From positions 62,001 through 126,000 of the forward strand of contig JAAOMT010000617.1 in the NCBI GenBank assembly GCA_016748015.1: a DNA stretch of 64,000 nt, written 5' to 3'. How positions within the stretch are numbered: position 1 is the stretch's first letter; each line of letters starts with the position of its first letter. The DNA is from Geosiphon pyriformis uo1 (taxonomy: Eukaryota > Fungi > Glomeromycota). The translations under genes and the position numbers were made by a program. A model generated the notes under the pieces. The model had not been told where the DNA came from and searched no databases. It worked only from the letters and a program-made list of their open reading frames with translations. Below, piece after piece: positions 61,074 to 64,000 of this stretch.

Positions 61074-63676
61074 TTACTGGATGGTAAGTCTGGAGAGAGC
61101 GTCAGCATTTTGATGATTAGCTCTTTTATGGTGTTGAATGTCATAGTCGAATTCGTCCAAATGGAGTATTCAGTGAGTTATCCATTTATGTTCCAGGTTT
61201 CTTTTGTTGTGTAGCCAAACCAAAGCTTGGTGATCTGTTACCACCAAAAATTTCACACCCTTAAGATATTTGTCCCAGTAGCTGGTAGCCCAAATTACTG
61301 CTAAGCATTCCTGCTCAGTAACTGAGTAGTTCCTTTCTGCTGGTGTGAGAGTTCTACTGGTATATGCTACGGCATGTTCTCTGTTATCTTTATCTTTTTG
61401 GAAAAGAACAGCACCAAGTCTGTAGCCAGATGTATCAGTGTGGAGGATAAAAAATCGATCCAAATTAGGTTGCATGAGAATGGGTTCTGTAACCAGTTTT
61501 TTCTTTAGAATTTCAAATGCTTTTTGTTGATGAGTGCCCCAGTGATAATTGATGTTTTTCCTAAGTAGCTAATTGAAAAGAGCAGCAATTTTGAAGAAAT
61601 CCTTGACAAACTTGCGATAATAAGAGGCCAAACCAAGAAAAGAGCGTAGTTCATGAACATTCATTGGTTGTCTAATGTTTTGAACTTTTTCAATTTTGGC
61701 TGGATCAGAGAAGATTCCATCTTTTGTAATAAGATGGCCAAGAAACTGGGTGGATTGACGTCCAAAGAATGATTTGATTGAATTGATCTTGAGACCAGCA
61801 TTTCTAAGGAGGTCAAAAACTTTTTGCAAATGTTCAAGGTGTTCATCCCAGGTTTTTGAGTATACCATTATGTCGTCCAAGTAGACTAGAACAAAGTTTT
61901 CTTTTACTGATTCAAATACTTTGTCCATTAAGCGTTGAAAGATGGGAGGAGCATTTGTAAGACCAAAAGGCATGACTGTGAATTCATAAGTACCATACTT
62001 GATGATGAAAGCAGTTTTCTTTCTGCTTTCTGGATCCATCTCTATTTGCCAGAATTCAGCAGTTAAGTCAATGGTTGAGAAGAAAGCAGCACCATGGAAT
62101 TGGTCTAGCATTGCATCAATCTTGGGAAGTGGATACATGTCTCTTTCAGTAATAGTATTTAATTGGCAATAATCAACTCAAAAGCATAAAGTTCCTCCTT
62201 TCTTGGATACCACTACAACTGGGAATGCCCATTCACTCTTGGTTTTCTGTATGAATCCAAGGGTTTTCATTTGGGTTATTTCCTTTTTGATAAACTCATC
62301 ATTGTGCCGGTTGGATTAATAGGGCTTCAAATAGATGGGGCAAGTTTCTCTGGTGATGATAGTGTGTTGTATCACATGTGTACGTCTAGGAGGTTTACCT
62401 TCTTTTGAGATAACTGGGTTGTTTCTAGCCAGCAGGTTTTCAATGTCTACTTTTCTTTCTTCTGGAGAGGGTTCTCTTTGTTCTACAACCAGTAATTGGA
62501 TTTCAGGTGGTTCATTTTCAAAGGACTTTTGGACTTCTTTTATTTCCTCTCAGAGTATCAAGCTGATTGGTTCCCAATCTTTGTAATAGATTAGGCAGGA
62601 CATGCATTCATTGCTAGGAGAATACAATGATTTGTCGCACCAGCACAGAGCACAAGGACCATGCTACCAATAACTGTATTTGGCTTTCTTGCCTGGCTTT
62701 CTGTCAAAGGTTCTTCTGAGCATGTTATAATAAGGCCAGCAGATCAGCTTGCCATTAACAATGATTCCTTTTTTATCTGCCTTGACATTATCCAGTGGTT
62801 TGCCATTGCTAGTGAAGATAGTATAAGTGAGTTCAACTGTTTCTTCTTGTTCTTCTTCTTCCTCACTTTCTTTATCATCTGATTCATCTGATTCATTTTC
62901 TTCTGGGCTCTGCTTGGGTACTGGGGGAGTTGTCCAATGGCGACACTTAACCACAATGGGTTTCTCACCACATCTGATGGTTAGTTTACAGAGTTTATAA
63001 TCAAGCAAAGCCTTTGCTTTCTTGAGCCATTCATTGCCAACAATGATGGTGTATTCTTTTGCTTTAGACACTTCCATATCAGTTTCAATGCTAATGCCAT
63101 TGATGCGGACAGGAATAGCTTTGGCTATGCCAAGCCCTTTCTTCTTATTACCATGCACATTGGTCATTGGTCATGTGGATGGTTCATCAATTTTTCTGCC
63201 AATTGCTTCAAGAAAGTNNNNNNNNNNNNNNNNNNNNNNNNNNNNNNNNNNNNNNNNNNNNNNNNNNNNNNNNNNNNNNNNNNNNNNNNNNNNNNNNNNN
63301 NNNNNNNNNNNNNNNNNNNNNNNNNNNNNNNNNNNNNNNNNNNNNNNNNNNNNNNNNNNNNNNNNNNNNNNNNNNNNNNNNNNNNNNNNNNNNNNNNNNN
63401 NNNNNNNNNNNNNNNNNNNNNNNNNNNNNNNNNNNNNNNNNNNNNNNNNNNTTTGGCTTTTGGGGGCTCATTGTTGTCAGCAGTTGATGTAAAAGCTTTA
63501 TTAGGGTCTAGAACGAAATCAACTTTGGCTTTCTTCTTCTTTCTTGTGGATTCAGAGGGGTTGATTGCTAATTTATTCATGTCATGGTCATCATCAGTTA
63601 AGTTAAAAGCGAAAAAGAGGTTTTTTTTTGGTTGGTTTGCACTCTCACTCTTTGGAGGTGCGCCTATCAGTTTAAA
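61074..63676 (-). pseudogene. pol: B2 pol (PR, acidic linker, WHGP..CWC..CxxC motif, RT, RNaseH)
   Basis: IVGNEWL, YPLPKID, MPFGLTNAP, YLDD, HTDTSG, NADALSRL. Confidence 0.93.
63218..63451. other. Assembly gap (N) covering the B2 protease active site
   Basis: 234 N; the equivalent B1 segment without J is about 316 nt. Confidence 0.95.
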
Positions 63677-64000
63677 GGCTGATAAACAATGGCTTTAACT
63701 AGGGGATCCTCTCCAAAGAAATTGATGTTGGCATGATTGGGTCTTTGGTTGGGCACATTGTTGTTGTTGATCCTGTTGTTCTGAGCATTATTGTTTCTGG
63801 GAACTGGTGGAGGCAGAGGAGGATTGTTGCAATCTCTTGAAAAGTGTCCAGTTAATCCACAGTGATAGCATACAGGTGGGCCATGATTTTGTTGTCTTTG
63901 ATAAGGTGGTTGCTGGGGCTGATTGAAGTGTGGTTCAAATCTGGGTCTTTGTAATTGCTGATTTTCTCTGACTGCTTGGGCTAAGGGTTCTAATAACCGG
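63667..64000 (-). pseudogene. gag: B2 gag C-terminus with CCHC knuckle
   Basis: CYHCGLTGHFSRDC, ending ...QPLN TGA TAG. Confidence 0.88.

Larger units (their letters stand above)
58300..64000 (-). mobile_element. B2: least-decayed family-B element (3' LTR 58300-59026), continuing past the window end; inserted in H0's 5' LTR
   Basis: TGTTA...TAACA LTR homologous to the B1 LTRs, PPT ggagaggatga, long intact ORFs. Confidence 0.92.

Noticed and set aside
675-63698. Many short hydrophobic ORFs in the track (e.g. 1140, 5563, 11688, 35621, 60029) and ORFs spanning the N gap
   Set aside because: They are antisense or off-frame shadows of TE coding sequence, or gap artefacts.

Overview
The window contains no recognisable host gene. 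It is entirely AT-rich, C>T/G>A-eroded Ty3/Gypsy-type LTR retrotransposon DNA. The protein style suggests a fungus of the Glomeromycotina; it resembles Geosiphon-type repeats from memory, unverified. Matching TGTTA...TAACA termini and target-site duplications (TSDs) resolve it into one nested stack. An old minus-strand element (H0, 638 to >58299) hosts elements K, E and B2 and solo LTRs L and G. K hosts M and B1; B1 hosts solo J and element D; D hosts solo F; G hosts element C. At least five LTR families are present (my labels A, B, C, J, L). The three families with internal sequence (A, B, C) share an unusual architecture: the same PBS (TGGTGCTCCC...), Gag-PR-RT-RNaseH ending in a stop, integrase in a separate ORF, and a third non-Env ORF next to the PPT. 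In A and B that third ORF has its own TATA box. All eight insertions with both flanks visible have 4-bp TSDs. A and C add a GUG-started N-terminal domain, a Cys-rich domain and a dUTPase plus a pseudo-dUTPase. B instead uses a U-UUA-AAC -1 frameshift. LTRs carry family-specific palindromic U3 arrays, and A, C, J and L carry a covarying HIV-DIS-like kissing-loop hairpin. All coding copies are pseudogenised. Internal domain coordinates are read by eye and approximate.
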